Position numbers and translations under genes: made by a program. From Candidatus Poribacteria bacterium (GTDB lineage: Bacteria > Poribacteria > WGA-4E > PCPOR2b): DNA of 64,000 nucleotides. The first letter of the stretch is position 1. Every line of letters begins with the position of its first letter. This document shows positions 52,301-62,600 of this stretch, one piece after another. The notes beneath the pieces are model-generated. The model searched no databases. It had not been told where the DNA came from and was given only the letters and a program-made list of their open reading frames with translations. Location: positions 896,001-960,000 of the forward strand of contig OZ244587.1 in the NCBI GenBank assembly GCA_965218095.1, read 5' to 3'.

Positions 52301-55300
52301 CCTGATAATTTCCAATCTTCAGTCCTCAATCTTCAATCTTCGATCTCTAATTTTCAATTGGCTTCTCTGGATGAATTCTTTCCCCAAATCTCTCAGCTTG
52401 GGGGGCGTTTTGATCTCAAAGCACAGATTACAGGTGACCTGTCTCAGCCGGAGTTAATCGCCTCGATTCATGTGGCTCAAGGAACGATGCAACTCCTGGA
52501 TTTCCCACAACCGGTTGAGAGTTTGGAAGTCAACCTCCAGGTGTCGGGCGGGCAGAAGTCGTCACCTGAGTTAGTCACAATCGATCTGAAATTGGCTGAT
52601 TGGCAGCTTGGGGGTGGGCAGTATCATGCACAGGGGGATTGGCGTTTACCCAAAACAGAAGATTCTCTCCTCCGATCCAGAGATCGGAGTCTCGGACTCT
52701 CAGTTTACCGGAGGGGAGTTAGTGGAGGTCGATTGTCCCCCGCGAAGGGAGATTTCCCTAACCCTTCCTCAGATAAGCGGGGGAATCAGCCGGAAGCCTC
52801 ATTGCGCTCAATTCTTGATGCTCTGGAAGATAACGATTCCGTTGCGTTTCGGCTTCAACTTGATGGCACGGACGTGAATCTCATAGGGCTGGTGGACTAC
52901 GTAATGGGGCGAGATATTCCCAATATTGAGGGCAGAGTCGATATGACGCTTGAGCTCCAGGGGAGCGGTTACCGTCCGGATTTGGTGTCCGCAGCCCTTG
53001 TGTGTGATGATTTGCATATCAACATCAAGGATCGCGAGGTGCAGAATCTGGATGAAATCCACTTCCGTTTTGCAGATGGGGAGCTCAAGGTCGAACCACT
53101 TCAGATTGGAGGAGAAGACACAACCTGGCTCAATGCCGCAGGAACTATCGATGTCGATGGCAATATGGATTTTCTCCTGGAATTCGATCGTCTGCCATAC
53201 GCTGTGCTGATACCGGCAGTTACACTGACGCTCTTCGATCAATCCCTCCTTCAGTTGGACGGTAATCTAACCAGTCAGATTCAGGTGCAGGGTAATCTCG
53301 CGCATCCGATCATCATGGCAAAGTGGGAATCAGACGGTCGCCTTGGAAATGCCAAACTCAAGGATGTTGGATATGCAAACTATCAAGAGAGATTGCTTGT
53401 GGTGCGGAACACACAACGGATTGCTGGCGTAAGCAATTATTTAGATGTGTCCGGCAGAATTCCGATTAATCTTGCCTTTCAACCGCTAAATCTTCCGGAT
53501 CGATTTTTGAATCTACCTATTGACTTGCGAATGCGTGGTCAGCGCATCCCCCTGACCCCCCTTGCTTTGCTGTTTTACCCCTTGATTGAGGAGGCCATCG
53601 GTACTGCCGACATAGATCTTAAAATACAGGGGACAACAGCTTCGCCTTACCCGCAAGGGAAACTGTCCGTTTGGGATGGTATGCTGAAACCAACCGGTTT
53701 TGATACGCCCATTTCACAGGGGAGGATTGAATTGGTGGCGGACAGAGGAGAAATTCGCATCCCAAAACTCAGTTTTCAGATCGGCCAGGGGAAGTATGAC
53801 GCTGAAGTCAAATTGCGGATGAATGGACTTACCGCAACACATTTCGAGGTAAGTCGGTTCAAGGTCAACAAAGCAAGAATTTCTGACTTTGCTCGCGACC
53901 TCTCAACGGCGGAAACTACCTCTGATCCCGATATGTCCCGATGGGCTTGGGATTCAAAACAACCCCGACGGATCGGGGCAGAACCCGCCCCGATTCATCG
54001 GGGCTCTTCGGCAACTCAATCTGGGGATTTGAATGGATATATTACGGCGGAAGCCAGTTTGAACATCCCGGTAGATCAGTTTATCATCCCCGGTGAAACC
54101 GCATGGGCTCCCAAACTGATTACTCCATTCAATCCACCAAATGTGATTAAGTATGTAACGGGCAAGTTAAATATTCAGAATATCCTGGTGGAGGGCTTAG
54201 GCTACCAGATCCGGAACCCCAGATCGATTGAAATTCAACTTGCAAACCAGAGATTAAGCCTGAAAGATGGATTTATCTTAGAAGATCAGAAGCTAGCAGT
54301 AGACGATGCAAAGCGCCTTCGAGTGGCAGGCTTCGGAAGCTGGGAGCTTGGCAAAAAGTTGCTCTTTCACATCGGAATGAGAAATTTCGATCTCGGCTTT
54401 ATTTCAGGCTTCCTTCCGGATGCTTATGCCGTTCGTGGTTTTCTTAACGCATCGCTCGATATACGGGGGACGGATGCAGAACCGAAAATCGATTTCACGT
54501 GGGAAACTCCAGAACTATGGATTAACCAAGCGGAGGTCGATCAGTTTACCGGTAGTGTGGTGTATGAAGGTCGGAAGATACGGTTCGGTGGAAAACAAAA
54601 CAGTGAGGCGCGTTTTTCCATTGGAAGAAATCGTGCCAGTCTGTCCGGGCTGATTCCATTTCACTTGTCTCTGCTCGACCTCAAAGCTGAATCACTATCA
54701 CAGGATACTGAGGAAAAATCAGAGAAGATTGAAGGGAGATTAGATATAGTAATCGAAAATTTAGACTTCCTACCGCTCATTATACCCCAATTCGCCTTTT
54801 CGAACGGCGCCGGCGGAATTAATGTAACCCTTGGCGGTCAGATTCACTCACCGAAGCTCAAAGGGTTCGCAGATCTGAAAGACCTCGCCTTCGAGTTGCC
54901 AGATTCGCACATCAAGGTGGAGGATGCCAGTGTGAATCTTGATTTTACAAACAACAACGTGAATATTCAGCGCATCGAAGGGATTTTGAATGGTGGAACA
55001 TTCGATATCCACGGTGCGATACAATCCAATTGGCTAAATGTACAGCGTATGGATGTTTTCGCCAAATTGAGCGGTGGTACTACTTTTGAACAAACCGGTC
55101 TTTACTGGGTCAGGTGTCAGAAAGTTGATTTGGAGATGAAGGGTCCTGTCACGACAAATGGAAGTCTAAACCTCCCACCATTAAGCGGCTCAATCCGTAT
55201 TGATGAAGGACGATACGAGCAACACTGGAAGCAGTTGGTCGAAAGCTGGATTGATAAAGAAGCGGAGGTGCAGTTTGAAGTATGGTTCGATTACCCGGTC

Positions 55301-56107
55301 GTGCGCGATCTCCAGTTAGATCTTGATATCGTTGCCCCTAATAATCTCTGGGTGGAATCTAATTTGGGGAAAATCAAAGTCGAAGCATCGGTCAATGGTA
55401 AGATCGTTGGTCCGGTTCAAAACCCCGTTTTCAATGGGCGCGTCGAACTATTGGAGGGCGAACTTTCCCTCTTTGCCATCGACCACCAATTTGAGATTAA
55501 GGGCGGGTCGTACATAGAAAACAAGGATTCAATCGAATTTAACCCATGGTACGATATTACTGCTGAGACGGTTGAGCCAATACGGAATGTCAAGATTCCC
55601 AACACAGATGGGCAGATCCGCACAAAAGATCTAAAAATGACAGTGCACTTAAGTGGCTACCTTAACGGTAAGCATAGTCTAAAGCTTCAGGAGGAAGTTC
55701 TCAGAAAGGAAGCCGGCGAAGAGTATCAATTGACCCCGAGCCAGCTCCTTTCCATTTTAACATTAGGTGGCACAGATCCGTTTGCCTCTGAATCGTCGTC
55801 CGCAAGTGCGACCTCAGACATCTTCCTTCGACAGTCACAGCGATATCTCGGCAGTCGGCTCGCGAAAGTTACGGGGTTGAGTGAAACCCATCTCGACCTG
55901 AGCCCTGATGATTTTGAAAAGTCCCGATTTATCTTGACGAAAGAACTTTCTAAACGCCTCGCGCTGACTTATTCCTCTACCTTCCAACTGCACACTGAGC
56001 CTCGAATTGAAGTTGAATATCAGATTAGCCGGCATTTTGCCGTCAAAGCGGAAAGGAATGAGCAGGGGAAATACGGCATAGATCTTAAGCTGGAGCAGAG
56101 GTTTTAG
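49322..56107 (+). CDS. tamB: TamB-like (AsmA/DUF490) translocation and assembly protein, 2261 aa
   Basis: N-terminal TM anchor, long beta-rich body, C-terminal beta strands ending in F; adjacent to an Omp85 gene. Confidence 0.85.
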   Translation: MKKRNALLILVTIILIALIIGGFFFLRSSYLLNQTRLVLETQLEKQLKHPVTIGHISGNMLTGLNIEQFEISDSFAENPALISLDEIAVKYRLWSLLRGKFLITRLDLKAPQVNARIDSDGNLNLAKLIPKEGTESSGKLPVQPLISDISVENGAINFDDVKRAFKIAISGIHSHSRIDGPLAGWKHIGSLEVRDGRFELNGVETQIDEFKTEFELQENEGALQSFRLALGNSLLTVAGKATNLSKQSPLVETQVQLTLDFHDVQKILSTQEEIEGVAEVNVEASGTISEIVGQLGFKLPFVQLNNLQLENLIVQAEFTPKSFRITQIDGTLASGKLTGGAEININPEGVDSQNLAYKGWLQLASLRAEQLLPMIIDLPEDFLVVKGRVDGKIQFSGSSSDPHDIELDGNLKLTDAALNDVPIRVSGAHYMIDDDRLSLTANLDEAQIELNGKLGLASQHDLDLRITSIDVGKLAQILRIPDLAGDGIFTGKSTSEVLLSAHLNIPEATLFDVPIGVLTADFHYADDRVFLHPVRLIKGESELIIEGVAWPEGDVPVELTARMQPFQIADYVRLAGADYPIEGVATGTLVLDGTLGCLDGRGTLQIVNGKAWDLALDPLTLPLEIEDYVVKISDFELLTRGQRGILTAQINADLDYEIEFQSEPMRLGEIALARRMTDFQLDAELVVKANGKANANDPRVNLSADISSITYAGKPLADVYITGAFMNNALNFEGAGFDDTCQIRGVLESAAGSPYQIAVDGTGVDVLPFLRIFDDALGDYITGTADGNLDAAGALEDPTQFKLKMSLSRLALGINEQQLINPSPINLNFADNLWQIQSFALADRRDLRPFLNASGAFRVEPAKGSPSLEGLELSVYRREVSRRRQMDELRNTLDFTVESDGFALEYLADVLALPPVISGTASYKLTGSGRFDNPQLALDWAIPNLSLETPVGPIAVSEAEGQLVYQDGSLTINLFDFLLLGNPVGVQGDVQVAPDNFQSSVLNLQSSISNFQLASLDEFFPQISQLGGRFDLKAQITGDLSQPELIASIHVAQGTMQLLDFPQPVESLEVNLQVSGGQKSSPELVTIDLKLADWQLGGGQYHAQGDWRLPKTEDSLLRSRDRSLGLSVYRRGVSGGRLSPAKGDFPNPSSDKRGNQPEASLRSILDALEDNDSVAFRLQLDGTDVNLIGLVDYVMGRDIPNIEGRVDMTLELQGSGYRPDLVSAALVCDDLHINIKDREVQNLDEIHFRFADGELKVEPLQIGGEDTTWLNAAGTIDVDGNMDFLLEFDRLPYAVLIPAVTLTLFDQSLLQLDGNLTSQIQVQGNLAHPIIMAKWESDGRLGNAKLKDVGYANYQERLLVVRNTQRIAGVSNYLDVSGRIPINLAFQPLNLPDRFLNLPIDLRMRGQRIPLTPLALLFYPLIEEAIGTADIDLKIQGTTASPYPQGKLSVWDGMLKPTGFDTPISQGRIELVADRGEIRIPKLSFQIGQGKYDAEVKLRMNGLTATHFEVSRFKVNKARISDFARDLSTAETTSDPDMSRWAWDSKQPRRIGAEPAPIHRGSSATQSGDLNGYITAEASLNIPVDQFIIPGETAWAPKLITPFNPPNVIKYVTGKLNIQNILVEGLGYQIRNPRSIEIQLANQRLSLKDGFILEDQKLAVDDAKRLRVAGFGSWELGKKLLFHIGMRNFDLGFISGFLPDAYAVRGFLNASLDIRGTDAEPKIDFTWETPELWINQAEVDQFTGSVVYEGRKIRFGGKQNSEARFSIGRNRASLSGLIPFHLSLLDLKAESLSQDTEEKSEKIEGRLDIVIENLDFLPLIIPQFAFSNGAGGINVTLGGQIHSPKLKGFADLKDLAFELPDSHIKVEDASVNLDFTNNNVNIQRIEGILNGGTFDIHGAIQSNWLNVQRMDVFAKLSGGTTFEQTGLYWVRCQKVDLEMKGPVTTNGSLNLPPLSGSIRIDEGRYEQHWKQLVESWIDKEAEVQFEVWFDYPVVRDLQLDLDIVAPNNLWVESNLGKIKVEASVNGKIVGPVQNPVFNGRVELLEGELSLFAIDHQFEIKGGSYIENKDSIEFNPWYDITAETVEPIRNVKIPNTDGQIRTKDLKMTVHLSGYLNGKHSLKLQEEVLRKEAGEEYQLTPSQLLSILTLGGTDPFASESSSASATSDIFLRQSQRYLGSRLAKVTGLSETHLDLSPDDFEKSRFILTKELSKRLALTYSSTFQLHTEPRIEVEYQISRHFAVKAERNEQGKYGIDLKLEQRF

Positions 56108-56171
56108 CAAATTGGCGCAGGAAGGATGGAAGGGACAAAAAGGAAGAATGGAATGAACGGGAGGGACTTGA

Positions 56172-58913
56172 ATGCAATACGCATTACGTTTCACGTTTCA
56201 TCTGCTGCTCATCAGCTTAATGATTGCGCTCAAGTCCGTTTGGGGACAACCTGAAGATGCCGCTATTGTTGAAATTCATTACAGTCTGAACGGTGAAATC
56301 ATCAATGCGTCTCCACTGCTCACCGATTTGCAGCGCAAGACGACAATTCAAGCTGGAAATCCAGTTTCCCGTTATTATATCCGCAAAAGCATCGAAGCGA
56401 TTTATGCAATCGGTCACTTTTCTCAGGTCAAAGCGGTTGTGACTCCTGCGCAGGATGGCGTACTATTGAGGTTCCGGCTCACAAGCAAAACACGAGTCGG
56501 AGAGATTGGGTTTACAGAGACCCGCCTAGATAAAGATCTATTCCTTGAAGTGATAAAATCTCGTCCGGGGAAGGAATATTCCGTCGAGATAGCAAAGGAA
56601 GATCAACAAAGAATTCTCGATTTGTACAAAGATTACGGATATTTTCAGGCGGCAGTTGGCCTGATTCCCTCTTCTGATTCAACGCCTAGTGGTAGAGTAG
56701 ATCTGCTATACGACATCAGCGAGGGGGACCGGGCCCATATTCAAGAAATCCAATTTGAAGGCGTGAAGTCAATCGAAGAGAAAAGGCTGGAGAAGGACAT
56801 CAGAAGCAAAAAGGGTAATGTCTACCAAAAGCAATCGGTTGATGACGATACTAGCCGCATTCGAGACATATACCGAAAAAATGGGTATCTAACCGTAAAG
56901 GTTGAATCTCGCTTGAATTATGATGATGAATCTGGGGCTGTTTCTCTGCTCTACAAAATTATTGAAGGGAAAAAAGTCAATGTCGAATTTGTTGGTGACG
57001 GTATTGATAGATCAGCGATTGAGAAAAAGCTAATCTTGTTCAAAAAGGACAGCTATTCAGACATGATCCTTAGCAGCACAGCCGGACAGATTCGTCGAAT
57101 CTATCAACAGAAGGGGTATTACGATCCGGAAGTGAACTACCAGATCGAACGGGAATCGAATTGGGAGGTTGTCATCCGTTTCGATATTGAGTTAGGTGAA
57201 GCCCCGCGTATTCGCCGCATCAATTTCGAGGGGAACCAAGCGTTTGATAATTCGGTACTCCTGGATCAAATGGAAACCCAACCTCGCAGTCGATTAATTA
57301 TCCCCGGATTCGGGTGGCTATTTTCTAAGGGTGTTTTCAACCCGGCGACTTATGACACGGATCGGCGTGCGTTGGAACTCTTTTATAAAAAAGCGGGCTA
57401 CCCGGAAGTCCAGATCACCACAGGCAAAGAGATTGACAAAGAGGATCAGCTCATTTTATACATAAAGATCGATGAAGGCAGACGGCAACTCATAGATCGT
57501 GTTTTAATCGAGGGTGCCACAATCTTTGAAACGAGCCAGCTATATGCAAAGCTCGCAGCGAAACCGGGAACGTCTTACAGCAAAAATATTGTCGGTCATG
57601 ATCAGCGTGAGTTCCAATCCCATTATGACCGAGAGGGATATATCTACACAAGTATTGAACCCCACTACCAGCAGGAAATACGCACGCTTACATATCGGAT
57701 TTCCGAGGGGGCGCAAGCCAGGTTCGGCAAATTCTGTTTCGATGGAGATAGGCGAATTAAACTCCATGTGCTGCGGCGAGAATTTGAAAGCCTCGGTCTA
57801 CGCGAAGGGGCGGTATTTAACCATGACAAGCTGTTTGTTGAATCCCGACAGCGTCTGTTGACCTCCGGACTTTTTCGAGCAATCGAGATAAAGGCGCCGG
57901 GGCGACTCGTTAAGGATACGGAGATTATCGACGTCGATGTGAGCGCTGAGGTTAGAAAACCAGGGTCAATTAGCGTGAGTGGAGGATATATTTCTTCTGA
58001 AGGAATTCGCGGCACGGTTGGTATCACCCATAACAACTTATTCAAGCGTAACATGAGAGCCGGTGGAAAAATCAGCAGAGGTACAAGAGGAAATCTCTAT
58101 GAGGTGACCCTGATTGAACCGTGGCTCAATCTGCCGCTCATTGGACATACCATCGGAACTTTTCGCTTGTTTAACGATAATCTGGAGGAACACGAAGATA
58201 TACGCGCACGCGGTGGAACAGCGAACCTTGCCAAACGGCTTGGACAATTTAGCAATCTTGCGATACAGTACAAATATCAAGATCTGCGCGACCGTGCTGA
58301 CCCTCCTAAAATCCAGACAACGGTAAGCAGTCTCGGTCTTGAGATTCATCGAGACAACCGCGATCACTTTCTCAACCCGAAGAACGGCTGGCTCAATGAA
58401 GGTGCGATAGAGTATGCGGGTGGATTTCTCAAAGGGGAAACCAGTTTTTTCAAATTTACAACAGACCATCGCTATTATTGGCAGTTCTGGGGGGATACTG
58501 TCCTTACCGGTGCAATTCGCTTCGGCTATGAAAGAGGACTCAGAGGAAACCGTGATGAGGATATTATCTCCTTTGAACGTTTCTATGCCGGTGGATCGAC
58601 AACAGTCAGAGGGTATGAGGAGAGGGGGCTGGGGCCTGAGGATGAATTCGGAAATAATCGAGGGGATGTGGTATTTATTTTCAATACCGAATTACGCTTT
58701 CCAATCTATAAGTTCATCGGTAGTGTCATGTTTTTCGACACAGGAAACGTCTGGAATGAACTCTCGGATATTGATGATGCTTTACCCCAATCGGCAGTGG
58801 GCTTGGGAGTGCGTTTAGATACACCTTTAGGACCCGCCCGTTTTGACGTTGGCGCGCCGCTAACAGGGAAATTTAAGCCCCGGTTTTATCTTCAGCTAGG
58901 TCAGGCATTTTAG
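56172..58913 (+). CDS. Omp85 family (BamA/TamA-like) protein with multiple POTRA domains
   Basis: Repeated Y...GY POTRA motifs, RFYAGGSTTVRGY, FFDTGNV, GLGVRLDTPLGP, terminal GQAF. Confidence 0.92.
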   Translation: MQYALRFTFHLLLISLMIALKSVWGQPEDAAIVEIHYSLNGEIINASPLLTDLQRKTTIQAGNPVSRYYIRKSIEAIYAIGHFSQVKAVVTPAQDGVLLRFRLTSKTRVGEIGFTETRLDKDLFLEVIKSRPGKEYSVEIAKEDQQRILDLYKDYGYFQAAVGLIPSSDSTPSGRVDLLYDISEGDRAHIQEIQFEGVKSIEEKRLEKDIRSKKGNVYQKQSVDDDTSRIRDIYRKNGYLTVKVESRLNYDDESGAVSLLYKIIEGKKVNVEFVGDGIDRSAIEKKLILFKKDSYSDMILSSTAGQIRRIYQQKGYYDPEVNYQIERESNWEVVIRFDIELGEAPRIRRINFEGNQAFDNSVLLDQMETQPRSRLIIPGFGWLFSKGVFNPATYDTDRRALELFYKKAGYPEVQITTGKEIDKEDQLILYIKIDEGRRQLIDRVLIEGATIFETSQLYAKLAAKPGTSYSKNIVGHDQREFQSHYDREGYIYTSIEPHYQQEIRTLTYRISEGAQARFGKFCFDGDRRIKLHVLRREFESLGLREGAVFNHDKLFVESRQRLLTSGLFRAIEIKAPGRLVKDTEIIDVDVSAEVRKPGSISVSGGYISSEGIRGTVGITHNNLFKRNMRAGGKISRGTRGNLYEVTLIEPWLNLPLIGHTIGTFRLFNDNLEEHEDIRARGGTANLAKRLGQFSNLAIQYKYQDLRDRADPPKIQTTVSSLGLEIHRDNRDHFLNPKNGWLNEGAIEYAGGFLKGETSFFKFTTDHRYYWQFWGDTVLTGAIRFGYERGLRGNRDEDIISFERFYAGGSTTVRGYEERGLGPEDEFGNNRGDVVFIFNTELRFPIYKFIGSVMFFDTGNVWNELSDIDDALPQSAVGLGVRLDTPLGPARFDVGAPLTGKFKPRFYLQLGQAF

Positions 58914-58932
58914 CGCCTATCTGCGTCTACGA

Positions 58933-58977
58933 GGTGTCTTTGAAGGGGGTAACCTTGTCTTTTCAAAGGCGCTTTTT
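58933..58977 (+). terminator. Intrinsic terminator
   Basis: GTGTCTTTGAAGGG / TCTTTTCAAAGGCGC stem followed by a T-run. Confidence 0.65.
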
Positions 58978-58989
58978 CTGTTTGTTGTT

Positions 58990-59493
58990 ATGAGATTGGA
59001 AAAGAGGTCAAGAGCAATGGATAAGGATGTCATGCAGAATCGGTTGTCACATAAGGAATCGGGTAAGTGCTTGTTAGTGGCGTTCCGATCCCGACTGACA
59101 CTTGCGCTCGTCAATGAATGCTCCGGTGACAAGTTTCAGATGGGTGACAGACGCTACCGAGACAAGGGCTATGGAGACTGGACAGGCTTTTACGATTGGC
59201 TCAAGGATTCCGATGGAAAGATTCTTGGCGTGCGATACTGGCCCTTTAGAGAAATTCATCTCCCGATTAAGAAACTATTTCAACTTCCTTATGTCGTTGT
59301 GGCAAAAGACAGGTCCTATATAGAGATCTACTTTTCAAACGATCACCAGGTAGATGCCCAATGTTCAGACGACCAGGACTTCGGTGCTAACAAGGTCTTC
59401 TTGACTGATCAGAGTGAGTTGGCTATCTCCTTCAGAAGACCCAGGCTGAACATTCAAAATCTATCAGCAACCTTGAAGGTGATTCCAAAGTGA
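58990..59493 (+). CDS. Hypothetical protein (start uncertain)
   Basis: Open frame with protein-like composition; no recognised motif. Confidence 0.45.
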   Translation: MRLEKRSRAMDKDVMQNRLSHKESGKCLLVAFRSRLTLALVNECSGDKFQMGDRRYRDKGYGDWTGFYDWLKDSDGKILGVRYWPFREIHLPIKKLFQLPYVVVAKDRSYIEIYFSNDHQVDAQCSDDQDFGANKVFLTDQSELAISFRRPRLNIQNLSATLKVIPK

Positions 59494-59615
59494 TTAAACA
59501 CGCGCTTGGTATAAAACCTTAGTTTTTGTCCTCGTATCATATCCGCCAATCCGAACTTTCACCCCATCAGTTTTACTTCCATATCTCACCTTTGAATGAT
59601 TCCCCGCTTAGCAAT

Positions 59616-62600
59616 TTAAGGTACAGGCGACTCCAAGATCAACAACCCCAAATCGCTCGGAAACACAGGCCCCGCCTCCGGCATCTGCTCCGCCCAGTAA
59701 ACTGCATGATCATCGGATCGGTGAATGACAAAGTTGAAGCCGATTCGGTTGTGCCGTTTGGTCTTCAGTGGATCGAATCCGCGAAGGACAGTGGCAAACG
59801 GGATGCGAGCCTCAATCGTATAGTAATCGGATCGCTGTCTCACCGCAACATTGAGATTCGCTGCTTGATAGTTCGGGATAAATTCCGGTGCGCCCTGTCC
59901 GATATAAGGTCGGTCACCCTGAAAACCTCCACCATTTGGACACATCCAGAATACATAACGGTGTGGATTGCTCTCCGCCTGCAAGTAGCTTGGCTTTTTG
60001 ACTGCGTCCGGTTGCAGATCGATGTGCAACTCCAGTGTATCTGCTCCGTGGTAGTATTCCAGTACATCTGGGACCACAACATTATCATCGTAGATCTGTG
60101 CGAGTAGATACAGGTAATCTCTGTCCCACTGTAACCAGAGGAGTCCCTCGTCTTGAGACGTTTCAAGTACATTTTCCAGGGGCCAACCGTCTTCATGTCC
60201 ATCGATGAGTACAGGACGGCTCGTATATGGCACCCAGGCAATCAAATTTGCACGGCAGTTGCTGCTGATCTCCACGTTGGTTTCGCCCGTGTCAATAAGG
60301 GCATCCTCATAAATCGCCGTGACGGTTTCCCCACCAATAAGTCCGAGAGAAGGTGAAATGCGAAACGCGCCATGTGATGCATCATCCGTATAGTGTGTTG
60401 TGTATTGTGTCTCGTGTGTTGCGGCCTTTGTCTCAACTTGTTGATTCGTTGATTCGTCGATTATCGTTCGCCCGTGCTGTGTTGAAAGCTCCCCTCGAAA
60501 AATGTGCGAATTCGTGCTCTCCTCATGCAGCGTGACCACCGTCTCCTGTGTTCCTGTTTTTACCCTTATGTCTGTCGATTCAATCATGAACGGATCAAGA
60601 TTCAAGTCTGCGTCTTCCAGCCGAAAGTAAAGTGTGGTTCCAACATTAAAATTCCGAACTGGCGTGCCGTCTTTCCGGATAATCACGAGATACCCACGAA
60701 CCCCTCTGTTGGTATACGCGCGATCTTCAACGACAGGATTGTTCACATTTGGAAAATTCGGCGTATAGGTTGCTCGGATCTCTTCGTCGCCTTGCACGTC
60801 AAGCGTCTCATCTGCGACCGGTGTCGTGCCGTATCGGGTTGGGACCGATCCGACAAAAACCCCTTCAGTCCCTGATTTTTTAGAAAGGGTGACCTCGACC
60901 CCATCCCGCGTTTTGTCGCCGGTGACGGTGATCTGGACTTCATCGGCTTCGACCACTGTGCTGAGAAGGAGATCCTCTAGCCAGAAGTAGATCGTTTCAC
61001 CCGCATTGAAGCTTCCCAATTCATGGGCAGACGCAAGCGCCCCCATTGTAGGGGCGGTGTTGAACCCCGTCCGAAGGGCGTCTTCATCAACAATCCGCAG
61101 CACGCCTGCACTACTGCCCAACACAACGGATTGGATCTGGAGCTGAACCCCTGTTTCCCCGGTTGTGGTAATTTCGTCGGTATATACGACGGTGATCACC
61201 TCTTTGTCTGTGACCTGCAGGATATGATCTGTGGCGAGTAGTGAGCGGTCACTGGTGACTGGTGACTCTCCTTTTTGGGTTTGTAAGTCGCCCTCAAAAA
61301 TCGCGCTGTTGGGCGATGTCTCACGCAAAATCATCTGAACTTCGTCAGCAATGACGTTTCCGAAGACAGTTACTTCTGCGCTGTCGGTCGCTGTTGGGTA
61401 TACATTCAGATCTTTATCCTGCAACCGAATCCTTAATTTTTCGCCGACATTGAAACTGCCGGCGCCAACAGAAAACCCGCTGATTATCTTGCGACTTTCT
61501 GCACTGTAGATTTCCAGTTTGCCGTTATCACCCGTTTCGACAGAGAGTTGTACCCGAATGGGCACCTGTGTCGCCCCCGTATCTTGCAGGGCATCGACAT
61601 AGGTGAACGTCACGATCCCTTCGCCCTGCACCTGTAAGATGTTATCGTTCGGAATTGGCGTGTCACCGTGGCTGGTTTTGACCTCACCACGAAAAATACC
61701 TGCGCTTCCCGTTACCTCAACCATCGTCACACGGATATTATCCCGAACTACGTCTTCGGTGAAATCGGTTTCAAACAATTGCGCCATTGCGTTTGTCGTG
61801 CTGAGGTCAGCATCCTGAATCTCCAAAATCAACGTGTCACCGGCTCGGACACGCGATATTTCGACGTTCCTGGCCGAAGCATAATCAAAATCCCGTTTAT
61901 TATGGACTTTGAGCGACCCTGCCGTGCCAACGTTCGCCTCACAGACATCCCAGATTTCAATATACGTTTCACCCGTTGATCGCAATTCGTCGACATAGGC
62001 TGCCCGTACCTGCTCGGCGCCTTGCACCTGTAGAATGCCATCATCTTCCTGCGGTTCCGTGCTGTAAGCCGTTTGGATCGAACCGAAGAAGGTACCATCC
62101 CCACCGGAGACACGGGGTTCTCCCCCTACAGATTGGAAAAGCTGCAGCGTTTCTTGATCGTTCAACGTCTTCCCAATGAGCGTAATTTCGACGGATTCAT
62201 CGACGATGTCCGCATCACGGAGGTGGAAGTAGAGTTTGTCGCCGGCGTTGAAGTTCTCCAAATCAGTGAGGTAGTTGGCTTTGACGATTTCAAGTCTCCC
62301 ATCTTTTCCGGATCTGACCTGTGCTTTGTCTATAACAGTGACCTGCGTTTCCCCAGAGCCCTGGAGCGCGTCAACATAACTGATTGTCACTATCTCTTTG
62401 CCTGTGACTTCAAGCATATCATTGGACGTGTCCGCGCCGGTCGCATATTGAGTTGCGCATGGCGCCATGAATTCCCCTGACGCTTCGGATGTCTCTTTGA
62501 GCGTGAGTTGATACCGATCGTTAAGTTGGTCGCCGCTCAAGGTAACACTGACAGTTTCCTGTCGATTATCATCGTGGTTCAGATCTGTGTCACGCAGGAG

